Origin: Phoronis australis
Lineage: Eukaryota > Animalia > Phoronida
Direction of reading: 5' to 3'
Assembly (NCBI GenBank): GCA_002633005.1
Contig: NMRA01000328.1
Span: forward strand, 185,195-249,194
DNA: 64,000 bases
The position numbers were made by a program, and so were the translations under genes. Shown here piece after piece: positions 27,632 to 43,400 of the stretch. The notes beneath the pieces were generated by a model. It searched no databases. It saw nothing but the letters and a program-made list of their open reading frames with translations, and had not been told where the DNA came from. How positions within the stretch are numbered: the stretch's first letter is position 1; every line of letters starts with the position of its first letter.

Positions 27632-30600
27632 TCTGGTGTAAAAGCGGCTCAAGCAGCTTTAAAGCAGCAGGACTGAATTTAATGGACTATTTGTGTTTGC
27701 ATTAAAAAACTCCAACCCTGGGAGGATCACCATCTGATGGTCAATTTTTACCTGGAGTGGGTTCCTTATGCATATCTAATTATAGAAATGCTAACTGGAT
27801 TTTATTTTTGGTAAATGATACTAGTTTCTACCTGGTCTGTTCCAAAATTATGAAAGCTTTGGACCATTGTGATTCTTCAAGTATTTTGGTTCAGTATCCG
27901 AATCCAGCCCTCTGTGCTGGCTGCGGTCGTCACCTCAACTATTTGCATGGTGTCTACATCCCATTTTCTACTATTGGACATTGACGTATGTGTGGATAGC
28001 ATGCATTCCCACAAGAATACACTGATGGAAACTAACTGCAATTACATTCATTATTTCAGTCACACAAGTTGAGTTACTAAAACCAAATGGATTGAGCTGC
28101 TACCTATCATCAACAAGCAAAAGAGAACTGAAACCTAACGAATCTGTCTTGGCTCATTGTTATCATACTGATATTTGCACCAGAATTCAGGTTTATCATT
28201 ACTAAAGTTACTTAGTTTCATTATAGTCCACGAGGTGGTGTTGTGGCCACTGGGTACCCATATTGTGTTTTTACTTAAACCCCAACAAAAAAGTCTAGTC
28301 AGTTCTCTTCGAATATTGTGTCTTCTCCTCATTAGCATTGGGTAAAAATTTTCCCTAAACCATTCTTAGGGGAACTTAATTTCTGAAGCCAGACAATTTA
28401 ATAATCGGTTATAAACAACCACATATCAATTTATCAATTTATTTTTAGTCAGAGTTTTATTACAAGGATATCATTGCTAATGCGAAAGTTCCCATATCCC
28501 AAAACCATCTCTCTTCATTTGTGGAGGTAGAAAAACTCTAGTATGATTAACCTAGTTTTAGGAATGTAGGGCTGCCAAAACACATCTGAGCCAAGTTAGA
28601 CAAGAATGTTTAATCATGCATTACTGAGGTTTTTAATTTTTTGGTCTGCATCTCATTATACAAATAGCAAAATTTACTCGTATCAAGAATACAACAAATA
28701 GAAAACTAATTTTAATGTCAAGAAGTGAATACTATGTCAGTAATGTACAGCTATGCCAAGTGCCACACTGATCTGTGGGTAAATACCGAAGAACAAGAGA
28801 GGGCAGTGTAGTATGGGAAGTGGCTTGCTCTGATCCACTTCACTACTTAGATCAGTGTTCCTGAAAAACAGGCTTCCTGATCACATCTGATCTTTTACAA
28901 ATCTCTTGATAAAATACCAAGGTGCAGTGAATGGGCTGGGTTTCTGATGACAAGTGTTATAAGAAACAGCTACTATTCACTAGCAAGTTTGAAAATGCAC
29001 TGATGAGCAAGGAATAGGGGAGAAAAGTGACAATACGTAAAGGTGCAATAAGCAGCACCTTCTGTCATAAACCAACAATTGATTCAGACTAAGGTCCCAC
29101 CTTCTTCCTTGCTCAGTTGATAAGTGATTTTAAACTGACACTTGGTTATTGTTTTAGACCATGTTTATTACAGAGAATGTGATGTCAATGCTTTGGAAGT
29201 GCAAATATGCCTGTGAAAAAGTTCATTTTTGACACCAAAACCATGATTTATGCTGTGAGCACTACAGACAATGTCTGACCAAACACAAGCAATTTTCATC
29301 ATACATGGAAGTGTTACTCTCTGAAATTGAATGGTGGATGGCTTTCATTTTTGGGGTTTATTTTTCAGTCTCTGTAACAATAGTCGCTTAAAGGAGTCCC
29401 CGATTTTGGGAACCAGTTCGGTGCACGTTATTCAGAGGAGAAAACTGGTTCTCAAAATGCAAATCTTCTGTGATTTAACGTCTCTGCCAATGAAATTGAT
29501 TATATGGCTCCATCTATTGCAAAACAAATACACACAACCAGAGCAGTATTTTTGTTAAGATAGCATAAGATAAAAATAAAATAGGATCTTTGAACGAATT
29601 ATTAATCATGTGCTCAGCAACACAAATAGAAAAAGCAATTCTTGAAGGAAAAACAAGTTGGGAAACTATTTTAAGAACACTCCCTGATTAATGCTTTCAA
29701 TAGACATACCACAAAACACTCCACTAATAAAAGCATTAGGGATGCATAAAACGGCATAGTAAGAGCTCGCCATGTAGGTGACATTCACAGTTCCAAATTG
29801 GTTTTATATTTGCCAACCTCGTTTTTTCCAATTAAAATATTTTTGAAACCACAAACCAATCCCGTGACTGGAGCTACAGGTTTCAGTTTCTATGCTGTAA
29901 ACACATACCAACATGCTTCAATAATCATTAGGTTAAAGATCAGACAAAACTAAGACCAATCCCACGGCAGGTTCCCACACCTACAGCAAATATGCAAATG
30001 ACCTTATAAATAATCAGCCTGAACATTGCACAGATAACCTATTTAACTCTGGCATAAGCTACGTGATCACTACTGAATTAAAGGCAAGATTTCAACCCAG
30101 GTGCACAGTATTTTTGGGGCAACATGCATTATGACATCAAATTTGACATCTTAAGAATTGTGATTGAATATCCAAGAGAAAATAAGACTAACGTCACATC
30201 TCCAAGCACCTAAGCCAATCGACTTACAGCATATTTTAGAAAACTACACTGGCGTTAAAAGTGAAGGTATCTTTCTCTTACACACATTTGCAATATCCAT
30301 AAGGGTCAACGTCTATGTTTCACCAAACGCCCAATCTCAAATTTTTTGAAATTTTACTTTTCAGAAATTGCTCAACAGCATTCAGTTTAATGGCACCCCT
30401 TGATTTGTAATTTCTCGACACTAGAAACGCCCATGGCAATGAGTAAAACATGGTATTTTTATGATAACACTCCACCCAGAGTCATTGTTTTTGTTTATTT
30501 TTTGGGAGTATAACCATTCGATTTGATTTTTACTATGCAAGTTGGTATTTCTAATTACACAACATGAAAACATGATTAATTCAAACACAAATATTCACCG

Positions 30601-31241
30601 CTGTGAATTTGATTTATCCATTTGAAGCTTGCAATTTTGGCTTGACCTAATTAGTTTCCTTATAATTACCATTGTACTTTTCAATTAATTACCTAATCTT
30701 CAATCAAATCATGTTAGCATCTTGTGTAAGAGATAAGTCACCCTCCACTGACACCATCCTTAATGTTGCTCAAATGTTTTGCACAAAAGTTACATGTACC
30801 TAAATTTGGATATATTAGGTGAAGCTTCCTATAAATTCAATATCATGCACATATGAAGAATGCAAAAGCAAAAACATTAACAATTTTTTGTAAGGGACTG
30901 CAAAAACACACAATTCTTAGAAAATCAAGAGGTGAATGGAGCGCAGAAGGACTTTTTAAAATATTTGCTACTATGCCCTATATTTTGTGAGGCTATTTTA
31001 CAAGCAATTTTAAGCAGAAATCTATCAATAAACAAATAAAGATAAATTCTGAAGTTACTTTTGAGGGTTCTTGACATTTAAAAAGGGACAAAAAGCATGA
31101 CAAACAATGTTAAGGAATGTCAAAAACTTCACCTACAGACTACCAAGGAATTCAAATGTGTACAAGTCCTCTATGAATTTACAATACAAAAAAAATCAAA
31201 TTGAAGAATTTTTTACCCTTCGGCACTTTTTAAATTATTAA

Positions 31242-31905
31242 AGCAACATGTATCAAATGCCACTGATTTTTTTAAGCAAATTCTACCAGACCTGGCTCAC
31301 AACCATATGTTAGTGAACATCTATTACAATACAGACTGCCCAATAGTTTATTCGTGTGCAAAATTCCTAAAGTATGGCCTTATGACATCACAAGTGGTCT
31401 GTTGTGATAGGAAAGACTTTCTATAAGCCAAATGGTCCCGTAATTGACCTACTGCAAGTTCCGCCCCCTTACGAAACATCGACAATCAAACAATAAGTTT
31501 TGTCAGGCAACGTGTTGTTTATGGGGTAAAATGGTGGCTTGAAAACGAAGGTGTGTCAAGAATGTTGCGTTCTGATTGGTCAGTTAAGCAGTCATTCAAA
31601 ATCCTGGCGATAGATCAATTTTTCACCTATTAAGCACACAACATGGCCGCCAAGTGAAAATCTACTTTGTCAAATTTCTTCACAAAAGTGAAGATTAATA
31701 AGAAAATGCCAGTCTATTACTAGCTTGGTTGAACTATATAGATGTCATAAAACAACTTTTGGTAAGGTTTTCGTTGTCAACAGCAATGCAATCGGCCTTA
31801 AAAGTTGGGAAAACAAGTTTTGGCAATTAATTCTTGGGAAATAAGTGAAGAATCACCGTAGTAGCTTTGCTATAAAACTTGCAGGTTTCCTTGGAACATG
31901 TTCCT
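31242..31905. mobile_element. Kolobok/T2-type MITE
   Basis: TTAA|AGCAACATGTATCAA ... TTGGAACATGTTCCT|TTAA. The TIRs match at 12 of 15 positions with a TTAA TSD. No ORF. Confidence 0.6.
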
Positions 31906-34900
31906 TTAATGAAGCAAATACTATTTTAGACATGGTGTCTCGCAACTCGCAAAAAAAATTATGAAATTCCTCAGATCAAATATTACGCTCCCAAGTTTGC
32001 ACCAATAGTTTTTATGTTTCAACAAAAGAAGCCCAAATGCATGCCAATAACTCACGTATATTTCAAAGTAAATATCGTGTTACCTTCCAGGAAATCAAGC
32101 CATTATCACTTTTTATACCTAACAACTGTATATACAGTTCAAGTTTTAATCTGGGCCATAACATATCATGACATCCAAAATTCAAATGTTGAGTCAGCAT
32201 TTCTTGTTCTACCCACCTGAGTTCCAGACTCCTGTATCAAACAAATATTTTTAGACTACGGTATTCATTCTAACCATCTCATTGGCCAAACTTGAGACCA
32301 GTAACTTTAAAAAGACCTGGAATGCAATAAACAGACTAATTGAAAGTGATTCTCTGCTACTGAAACAGAATTCAACATGCTCACCATGTATTTTTAGGGT
32401 TTGTCCGTGTAAAGATTAATTTCTGTTGATATCAAACCATTTTCTTTTACTTTCAAATTTCAAAAAAAACATCTGTCAACAGCTCGCCACTTCATCAATT
32501 TTTCTCTCCCATAGCAAAGCATGTCTCCTTATTTGGTATGGCAAGACATAGACATAGCACATTTTCCATACATTGACCTCAAGCGACTTCAAGCAACTGA
32601 CATTGAGAGCATTTATCATAAGTGAGAGGGAAATTAGAAACTCTGTGGTAACCACAGTTTTTCCTTCGCGTGTATTTCAAAAATCATGAATTTTGTGATT
32701 TTTTTCTGAAAATTTCCTCACGGGAAAGTGAATAACTCTGTACTAGATGTTGCGAGATGGTACTTTCATCAGGAATTGTTTAAAAGATAATTTTGACGAG
32801 CTTTCGTGTTCCATGCCTCTATATAAGTCTTCTTTACATTAACTGTGCGGATTTCCTTGTACATATCATATGGAAGGGATTTCACAAGAAATGATTTGCA
32901 AATGAACCTGGGTCGAGTTTCATTAATCGTCAAATCCTATCTAACCCAACTGGTGGCTGTGTGACTGACTTCAACTTGTACTATACTCAGGCAAGAGGAG
33001 ATTTCAACACTTTAGAAAAAGTTTCAAATGGCGGCATTAGAACTCTATCAAAAAAGAGACCCTCCTATTCAGCACATCAATAAGTATACCTCAGATCGAA
33101 AGAAACACTCCAGGATAGCATCTAAAATGTCTTTATTGTTATGACTGATTGTATGACACACTTGTTAATCAAATACCTTCACACAGGTGAGAACTGGAAA
33201 ATCACCTGCTTGGCTAGACAGTAGCATTTAGAAGGCTCTCTTAAATGAGACTCTTTTAAACATGGCTCTCTTAAATGATGTTAGGGAGATAAGAAGAGGG
33301 TCAACAGCGCAACCTGGAGACTAATAAGAAGGTTAAAACATCATCAGTGATGGAGTAAAAGAGACATGCTCGATTTTGTTAACTTTTGAAGTATTTGCTA
33401 TGACAGATTTTATAGAAATGCTGGCACACTAACGTCTAGTTATTGATGATTGATTGGTTGATTGATTGGCTTTCAGTGAACATAAGCAACATCGTAAAAT
33501 TGAGATCAAAGTCTTTAAAACTGCCAGGAACATAAAAGGATACTGATGCTGATGTCAGCAAATTGAAGCCATAACATGTGAACCCCTTGAAGTATCATCG
33601 CATACATCTGACACTAATTTTTGGTCAATTCCTTTATTTCTGAAAATTGTACCTTTTACGAAAAACACCAAAAAGCCCTGTAAATAATTTGCCTCTTTAT
33701 GAAACCAGGCAAGCTAATTGTAGTTCTGTGGACAAGCAGCATTCATAAAAAAACAGTAGGCAACCAACATGTGCTGAATTGTGATACCATATCCAAATTC
33801 TTAGACAAGTTATTTGATCCAAAACCTGGTTTTGGCAAATGCATGTGGCAACTAACTGCTGGGCTGTATTGCAAAATCTGTGAAACTTTTCAACACTATG
33901 GATATGCAGTTGGCGGGCCACAACAGGTTTGAGGCTCATGGTGCACACTAATTACTGAAGACAAGGTCAATATGCAACCTATATTTTAAAGTTTTTGTTC
34001 CATAGTTAATGGACCCCTGCCACTCTGTCCTTGAATAGGAAGATTTCTCATCCACAGGTCAAAGACATCAAGCACAGATATACAGACCCATTTATTTTTC
34101 CACTCCACCAAATGTATTATCTAATTTGTCAATAGATGCAATCTGCAAACATAGGTTGCACCAGTTTAAATAAAGGCAGATGGACATATTACATAGGCAG
34201 AATTTGAAAACACTTTGGTAAAAGGTTGAGATCTGATTACACCATCTCAAAGGAACGTGCAAGATAAAACCCAGATCAATTTTAGTACACAGTTCATGAT
34301 GTTTAGCTCCTTTCAGCAAAAGAGTCAAGAGGTAAAGCATGATGTGAGATGCAATGTCCAATGCTATCAGCCTGACTGTAAACACTAAGGAGCAGACAAG
34401 AGTTGTTCTGTACTGGTAGGCAGACATCCAACATCTCCCACCTGGGGGTAACTAGCCAATCAGAGTTTATCACAATGAACACTGCATTCCTGTACTCTGT
34501 TATCACAGATGTACCCAGATACTTAGTTGGAAGTGTTGGAATACTGGGATAGGTCAAGACAACACTCAAGAAATCTTAATTTAAAAACCTACACAAAAAG
34601 AATGAGGATCCTACATAAATCAGGTAACTTTGCAGGTAACAGGATCATTACAAGAATCTTTAAGATGTACAGTGTGGTCAATTAATATCATTGGAAATTA
34701 AATAAAATATGCTTGCGTGTCCATTATGACTCAAGTTTATTGCTACTCTGATATTCACATCCAGAAATCTAACTCAGGCATAGCTTGCAGTCTCCATTGA
34801 CAACATCAAGCACCTGGCCAAGACAGTTCAGTGGGCGCATCGGAACCACGTCCCCTCCTGGGTAATAACCAAAAGCAACATAAAACTAATGAAAGTTTTG

Positions 34901-37790
34901 GAAATATCATACCGTCCTTTCAAATACTAAATCTGCTTACACACATCTAACATTGCCGCTGAGAATACAGGAACCCAAATTAGGATTTTTAGTTTTATGT
35001 CACTGAATTGGTTAAAATCATAAAATAACTTATCAGCGACATATGACAGTAAAACTACCATCTAACACCTCTTGCGTTTCAATAATAAAGACAAGGCTAC
35101 GCCCTTTCTATCTCAATTTCAAGGGGTAACATGTGAAATGGGCAAATACAACCCACGCACATACCACTTAGATGATGTTGAGAAGTAGTAAATCTCTCTC
35201 ATCAATTGACAACATGCAATATCAGTACTGTATACTGTCTCAGAAGCGAGTGAAGAAACAGATGAAATGTCTTTAAGTGTTCTTCTTGTAAGCAAGATTC
35301 AAACAGGTAATAGGAAAAAATAAACAAACAAGCAAAAGCAAAATAACTGCATAAATAGATCGGAGGTTGGAAATGATAGAAAAGCACCATTCCAATTCAA
35401 AGGATTTGATTTCTTATACATCCGAGTATAAACGACCAGGTATAGTCCATATTTAAGTATTCTTTGAACAGAAATTTGCATTGTTTAATGACGAGGCTTG
35501 GTCAGGTAAAATGAAAACTTCCAAATGTGTCTTCTCTATCGCACCACCTTCACAATTCTCCAAAAAATTACCAACAAACCATGAAATGAAAAGCGAGAAA
35601 CAAGAATTCTACACTCAACACTTGAACCCCTTGTAATAATTACAATCAATTATGACCCGCGGGCCGCCATCTCCATAGTAGCAATGATGATAATGGCAGA
35701 ATTATAAACAAACAGACAAAGAAAAAAGTCAAATCACCCTAATACAGACAGCACTATAATACATTGTGAGTGGGTGTACATGCCTGCATACAAACAACAG
35801 AAAAATGATTACCACAAGAGGCAGGTACATTGTCCTTGGCTCATTAAGCCATTTGACCCTGATATAGGAGAATAAGGTGCAGACACAATTTAATGGCAAC
35901 AATATAACCTACATAATACAGAAGACTGTTATTGATTCCAATCACACACAACCAGAGATTTACAGTGAGACTCACACAGCTAACACAAGATGGCGTCACA
36001 CACCAAAACAACATTTTGTAAACAACTCAAAGACCAAAATCCAATGGATTAACCCTGAGGGAATTTTTTGCTGTTATATATGTACAATAATATAGTTTAG
36101 TATAGGAGGTTTCAGCATACCAAAGCAATGTAGCTGATACTTTGAGGACTGCATTCTAAAACTTTCCTGTAAGATTGGCGAGACATCACTGTGTATTACA
36201 AGTACATGACCATTTTCACTCACAAGCATTAGTATCTCCACCTACTGCAAGTTTATGAATCACAATACAAAGTTCAGAATACTGAATTACAGAGCTACGT
36301 TGCTATGTAAGTACAAGTTCATTTGTCACAGCACCAACATGAGGCATCTCTTAGACTAACATTTGGGGTTTTAATGTCACCCCGACCCCCAAGCGAGCCT
36401 AAGCCAGACTGAGACTGACCAGTCCAAATCGATTCACAAATTAATGCGACAACGATGAAGAAAACCTATTCACTAATTTCTCTCATAATGTATCGATTTT
36501 AAAAATTCAAAGACAGTTGCTATTTACTTTTCAAATTTAAAAACAGTCATGTTGGTCGTTTGCCTTACTTATTGGGGTAAACAGTGCACGCTTTGACGTC
36601 CACTTGCGTGCAAATCTTGTTAGTGTAAGATTTGCTAAGTAAGTCATTTACAGGGTTCCTGATTTCTATAATTTGCTATGCATAGACAGGCAGTGCAACG
36701 TGGGAAAATAAGAAGACACTGGTTGTAAACAGCAGGAAAACAGGTGAGTGGGATCACGGTGTCACTTTACATGTATCCTGTGTGACAATATTGGAAGAAA
36801 TCACGCGTATAGAGCAAGACACTGATTATACTGTGAAGATGAGTACCATAGCAAGACACAAGAACATGGGTGCTGTTACAATACGGCTTATATGGTCAAT
36901 AAAGACCGCTTTGAATATCACAAAAATATAGTATTGAATGAAGGCGGATGTAGTCGCAGTTCTCACATTCATTGGTTTTAATACGAATGCAGGCAACCGT
37001 GTATGTGCACTAGATCGTGCAAGAAAACCCATTCGTACTTTACTTAGCTTGTGGCTTGGCAACAATGTGTAAACACTACTGTTTTTCACTTCATATCTAG
37101 AAATGTTTGTCAACTAATTATCATTGGAAAAACAAGAGAATAAAAACACAAATCTGAGTTTTAAAATGCATAAAAGTGAGTATGAACATTACATATACCC
37201 CATGGTCAAGTCCAGTCTCATCGAAAGACAAGCTATCATTTAGAACTTGAAACAAGAATTTTAATTCCAGACATAATTTATTATTAATATGTATCAGTTA
37301 ATAAAATTGCTTCACCTGTTCAAAGGTAAAGTTTATAATCCAGCTATCAGATTAAAGTGCAGATATCAGGTGAACAAGTAAATTTAGAACGGATGTATAC
37401 ATCAATATATCTATAAAAGTCTCACACCCCAAGATAGACCAAAGTTTGGACAAACTTTAGGGACTAAGGGGAGGAAAATTGAAGAACCAATGTGGGAAAC
37501 ATGTCAAACATATCTGCATAAAAATGTCAAAATACAAAAACTACACTTAGGGATGAAGATAAAAATACTAATTCTTGACAATTCTTGTACATATGTTGCA
37601 AATGATTTTTCACAACATTAATGCATTTGCAATACTTGGACATTTTGATGAACCACATTTTACGAATAACCGACATCAAAAACATCAACACAACCAAAAC
37701 GAACAACCAGGGTTGGATAAGCAGATGCAACAATCTTGGAAAAAAGTAAAGCCACATGAATGAAGTGCAAGTGTTTCAGGAGAATACTTG

Positions 37791-37992
37791 CAAACACACT
37801 ACCATAACCTACTGGCAGCAATGATTTGTCGCAAACATACTACCATAACCAATGGCAGCAATGATTGGTCACAAACATACTACCATAACCTAATGGCAGC
37901 AATGATTGGTCACAAACATACTACCATAACCTAATGGCAGCAATGATTGGTCACAAACATACTACCATAACCTAATGGCAGCAATGATTGGT
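37791..37992. repeat. 41-bp minisatellite (CAAACATACTACCATAACCTAATGGCAGCAATGATTGGTCA) x5
   Basis: Seen directly; no spacers between units. Confidence 0.92.
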
Positions 37993-40096
37993 TGATTAGA
38001 TTGAAATGTTGATGGTATAGAATGCCATTTCCATTCCATAAGGAAAGGTTTCTTGGAACAAATGCATCGCAAATTGTGTCCATAGATCACATCCCATGCA
38101 GTTAGTTTACAACTTTGTAATGTAAATACATACTTTTGTGGGATTTACACAAACTTACCAGTGGAGGAATATTAGACCAGTATTCTGTCCAAGAAGCAAA
38201 CTTTCAATTTAGACCATTGACTGCTATAAAATTGATCTCAACTTGATGAGAAGTTGATTTCTGAGTTATGAAGGTAATGACACTTTGTTTACTGTTCAAG
38301 ACCGAATGCTTGGTGTTCAATATGAAATGCTGTGACAAGCCAACTTGTCAAGCCTGGTCTCAAAAATAATTAACTGCCAATTCTTTCTAAGCCCCAAAAT
38401 CACCTGTAATTTGATTAAGGAACAATTTGAGACTAATTTCATAACAGTAAATGGTAAACTCTAAGTGTAGCGGCTTACAAATTACAAAATCGTAACACAC
38501 TCAAGTCCACCAGAGGTCATTACTGCATGAATGGTGTAGATGCACAAGTCAGAGAACAAGGGCTTGCAGTTATTAAGATGACCATAATCAACTGATTCTT
38601 AAAAGCACTCCCAATGTTTGGTACGTACATAAAGAGCACACATTCATACATGTCAAGAAGGAAATAATACATGAAGGCAAGGTTTACGCATCATAACATA
38701 GATTAGAGTTATATGATGATGAGGTAACAAAGATTTGAGACAACCAAGCTTCCTCTGCTCCTCTGAAAGGAGTGTTAACCATGTGACAATAATGTCATCA
38801 GAGCCCAATGTGTCACAAACATTTGCTTCTTAAACTTACCACAAGAGGGCATGATGACACAGTGTCATATGTTATGGGATATGTGGGCAGACAAATTTAT
38901 CTCTCGACACTTGTCTAGAAATAACTTTGAAGGTAGAAGGTAAAAGCATGACAAACATGTCATGTCAACCTCGAAAATGTTTACCTAACGTGACAAAGAG
39001 TAACTTGGACTTTATAACACTAGGAAGAACATGAGTGTTAACTTTCTAAACATAAGACTATAGATATCCGAACTCAGTGTTCATTCATAAGCACACTGAG
39101 CAGTGATTGAACAGCAAACAGTCCACCACGTGCAACACATCCTTTACTACTTTACATTAAAATGAGTAAATATTAAAGCTAACAGCTCCATTACATGCAC
39201 AGTTTAGCTACTAAAGTCACTTTGCATACGCTTTACACTACAACATGGCCAAAATAACAATAGAAATATTGCCATGCATAGTTTACATACTAAGAAGTGT
39301 GCAAACTGTTAACTTTTCAGCTATGCCTTGAGTGAGCTATAGTTGCCAAGTACTGGCTAAAGACGACGTGGAAATTGGCCACCATGGACAACCCATACAA
39401 CACTTGAAGTACATTTTTCCAGCTATAAAATATTAAATTTTAATACTACTTAGACACCATCTGAAGACATAGATTTATGATTCAGGACAATGTGTAAAGT
39501 ACAAACGGCAGAAATGAGATGTAAATCAAGGAAACAGCCCTTAAAAATTACAAAATTCCACACAAAGCCTTCACTAAACAAAAAACTTGAATACAGCTGG
39601 GAACCTCTGACCACAAATCATATTTATCAAAACTGCTGGTTTGCAATGGTATTAACTAGGACTAAAAATTAACCCTTCAAACCCTTTATCACAAAACGTC
39701 AATACATGCAATTGATATGTTTAGAGTGCGTAGGCAATATTAAAATTCCACAAGTTTGTTTCAATATCTCAGTCACAGGACGTGCGATGTACAGTATGTT
39801 GTACATGAGATTTTTGTACTAAATCTTTTCTTATCCTAGGATTTGTCCCGTGAATTTTCCTAATGTCTGCTAGCGATCACTGATTTAATGGAAGTGTGTT
39901 TGTCTTGGAGGTAGTCAACAAACAAAGATGGCATAATTAAGTTAGCTGAGGTATGTTAAGACTGGATCTCAACATTATCTATGAGATGATGGTATATCAA
40001 ATTACAAGAAGATCTGCATATAGTGTTTGAGATTTGCTTGACAATTAGGTCAGACTGGACCATGTGAAAATGTAAATATAAACCTAATCCTGAAAT

Positions 40097-40203
40097 AGAA
40101 GTGGTGAACAGTGGGGTGCCCTACACAACAACAGAAGTGGTGATAGTGGGGTGCCCTACACAACAATAGAAGTAGTGGATAGTGAGGTGCTCTATAAAAC
40201 AAC
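40097..40203. repeat. 35-36-bp tandem (AGAAGTGGTGATAGTGGGGTGCCCTACACAACAAC) x3
   Basis: Seen directly. Confidence 0.85.
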
Positions 40204-41609
40204 AGAACATTCTTATTAACTGTACTTAGGATAAACATTGCGCTCCATTATAGTTGATGTGACTTGAAAAATGCTTTCTGCTTTTTTATTTATTCCTCTT
40301 TCAGTGATCAAATTCATAATGGTTCCCAACTTGTTCCCTACTAAGATTAAGAGACGATGCCGGTTTTACCATAGTAAATGACTCAAATCAGAAGTTTAGG
40401 GTTGAGTTGTTAAACACCTTTTAGTTTCCATTACTGCGCTACCTCAGCAAAAGCACACAGTAAATCTGCCTCGTCTTAAACCATAAATAACCAGTCATAA
40501 CAAGATAACTTCTGTTACATAAGAAAAGGTAAAACATGATAAAATTACAAGCGAAAACAATTTTATTATTTTGTATAACATCACAAAATAAGTCAGATGA
40601 AAATTTTATCAAATATGTTAACTCACTGAATAATAGATACTGTATACTATGTTGACTGGCTAAATTTTGATACGATAAATTTTCTAAACAACAAATGAAG
40701 TTAAACAATTTGAAAATAAACATACTGCAATAATGCCCAAAATGTAAGATAATTATAAGTATAATGAATGTATGACATGCATAACTATCAATTAAAACAG
40801 TCACAGGAATTTGACAACAGGTTGCAGCACTAACATATCAATTAGGGACAACACACCAAGTGTGTGGCCATAATCTCAACCTCTTTATTAACAAGATTGA
40901 GGTGACTGAGTGAGATGCATGACCTATCAGAGTTACATCATGGGTCTTCACACCTGATAAGGTGAAGTAGTTACAGGTAAATATTCCTAATATTTATCTG
41001 AAAACTAATAAGTGACGTAGAAAAAGGCTCAATAACACTGTTACAAAAATGCTGTTTGTATACGGTAGCAATTTTTGCCATCACCATGACAATAAACAGC
41101 TTATATTCCAAAACATACATATAACTGTGAGGTAGCTACAGATCCCCAAAATAACAGAAACAATTATGACAACTGAATTCATCGCACATTTAAAAATTAG
41201 AGAACTGATCATTTAATGCTACAGAAGTGTTAGTAATAGCTACATTTTTTAAAGTTTTTCCAAACAAAAGTGTCATAATTAAATTAGTACATTTATCAAA
41301 AAGACTTTTCTTAATGAGATGGACCACAAAATCTGACTACAGGCAAAGACACGATTTTAAAAATTCTACCTCTAAAATAAGTGCTGCTTGCTGAAAAAAT
41401 CAAATTCTGCTTTCTCACTCCTAGATAACAAGATATATTAACAAGATATATTAATCATTGTAGGGTATATTTAGTCGTTCTAATAAATTGTTAATTCAAA
41501 TTATTGAATAGTGACTAACTCTACGACACTTCACCTCTTTCCAGCCTCACAAACTCAGAGTCAAGTAGCAGGTCAAGTAGCAGGCCAATTGCGTCACAAT
41601 TGCGAAACA

Positions 41610-41688
41610 TTACCTGGCAGCTGTCAAATAGCGATGGTGCCTCAGTTCATAAAGTATTTCATTCTCAGCTGGTTCATGAAGCCCGCCC
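41610..41688 (-). CDS. TPCN2: Two-pore channel 2 last coding exon with stop codon
   Basis: ctttgtttag|G GGC GGG CTT...AGG TAA, 79 nt, phase 2. (R)GGLHEPAENEILYELRHHRYLTAAR* parallels TPC2 [26 protein letters not shown]. Confidence 0.88.
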
Positions 41689-41974
41689 CTAAACAAAGGT
41701 AAATAATGAACTACACAAAGGTGTCGTGAACAGTTTGTCAACGTAAAAACTATTTTTAGGAAAAAATCCTAAGGTAATTATCACACAAAGTCCTTTCACA
41801 TTTCATCAATAAAATTTTGGGAAGGTCATTTTCAACCCATAAAAGAATATACTTTCGTTATCCTTGCCTTAAGCCATCAGTCATGTACAACAGAATCACA
41901 CGAGTGACTTCTGCAAAAATTGACATTTTTAATTGCACACAAATGTACACAATGTTGCTCATGGGAAAGGAAAC

Positions 41975-43160
41975 GAGAGCAACACGGAACGTTGAAATGC
42001 ACCCACGAATGCACTGCAGATGGTGTGCTTCTAAGATTGTTTATTTGCATCATAAAAGTGACCACTAGATGGCATAAAAACGTCGAATCCATCCAAAAAC
42101 AGGGACATGCCATGGCTTCTATAATAGAAGGCTATTTACCAAATTTCATGAATATCTGTCAAGGAACTTCAGAGAAACAAAAGAAAACAGAAAAAATGAA
42201 ATTGCCACTAGGGGGCACAACTTTCATTGGATTCGCCTGAAAGTCGTCGTAGTCTGTTGTTAGCTTGACATAAATACACTTACTAAATTTAATAAAGATC
42301 CTGCAGTGGGTTTAGGGGTTTAGCAGATACAGCTATGGGCACAAAACAAAACAAAACAAAACTACCACTAAGAGCTGCCACAGTAGTCGAAGTTGTCATC
42401 ATCAATTGTGCTCTTCACACTGAGAACATACACTCAAATTTTCAAAATCAACCATAGACTGGTTTGGTTGATAGAGGGGTGGACGCCAAAAACCAGACTC
42501 AGAAACAGCAAAAATGGCCACTAAGTGGCAAAAAATATCTTGATTCTATCCAAAAACGGGAGGATAGCTTCATCTCATCAAAAGATGCTTATATTCCAAA
42601 TTATATGAAAATCCGTTGCGGGCCTTTGAAGATATAGAGGTATAAAAAACTAAGGGGGCACACCGGTAGTCACATTCGTCCAAAAGTCGTCGCCGTCCGT
42701 TGCCAAAATCATACAACCATGGGCGCAAAAAAACGGCCACTAGGAGGCATCACAGCAGTCGAAGTCATCAGAAAATCGTTATCAGCCATCCTCTTCATAG
42801 TAAGAACATACATGCCAATTTTCACAATCATCCTTAGAGCGGTTTGGTTGATAGAGGGTGGACTCCAAAACAGTAAAAATGGCCACTAAGATGCGCAAAA
42901 TACGTTGAGTGATGCCTACGTGCCAAGTTTCAAGAAAATCAGTAGAGGACCTTTGAAGATAGAGCAGTAAACGTAAAAAAATAACATTGCCACTAGGGGG
43001 CATACCAGTCGTCCGGTCCATCCGAAATTCGTCGTCATCCGTCGTCAGTGTTATAGGAACACATCTGCCAAATCTCATCAAGATCTTGTGAGGGGTTTAG
43101 GAGATACAGCTGCGGACACCAGAAGCCCGGACAAACAGAGATGATGACAACATGCATCCA
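41975..43160 (+). repeat. Second copy of the GCCACTAGGGGGCA-rich repeat, inside the last TPCN2 intron
   Basis: Subunit-level similarity to 5996-7380. Shorter relatives lie at 24790-24920 and possibly 17870-18450. Confidence 0.72.
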
Positions 43161-43400
43161 CATATTTATATGTGCATAAATATCTGAAAGATGGTTTTCT
43201 CAGCCATAAACCATAAAAGAAGTGTACAAATTTCATGCGAATCGACCACACACTAAAAGTAATGATTCGAAAAGTGCCGAAAATCAAAAGGCTTGAAGAT
43301 GACCAATAAAAAATGCCACATTATTGAAATCAAAAGAAGTCATGCGAACCAATTTGCATATTTGGTGCATAAATAAAATGTGTAAAGATTTTTTATGGTA

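Noticed and set aside
34303-34870. GC-richer patches and an 88-aa ORF as exons of a second gene
   Set aside because: I saw no recognisable protein motif and no phase-consistent exon chain. RNA-seq or TBLASTN would be needed to exclude them.
37791-37992. 41-bp repeats (and the 30-, 33- and 52-bp arrays) as CRISPR arrays
   Set aside because: The units are contiguous with no unique spacers, there are no cas genes, and the context is eukaryotic.
40280-40890. TPCN2 polyadenylation signal
   Set aside because: Several minus-strand AATAAA hexamers occur in AT-rich DNA, and none can be chosen without transcript data.
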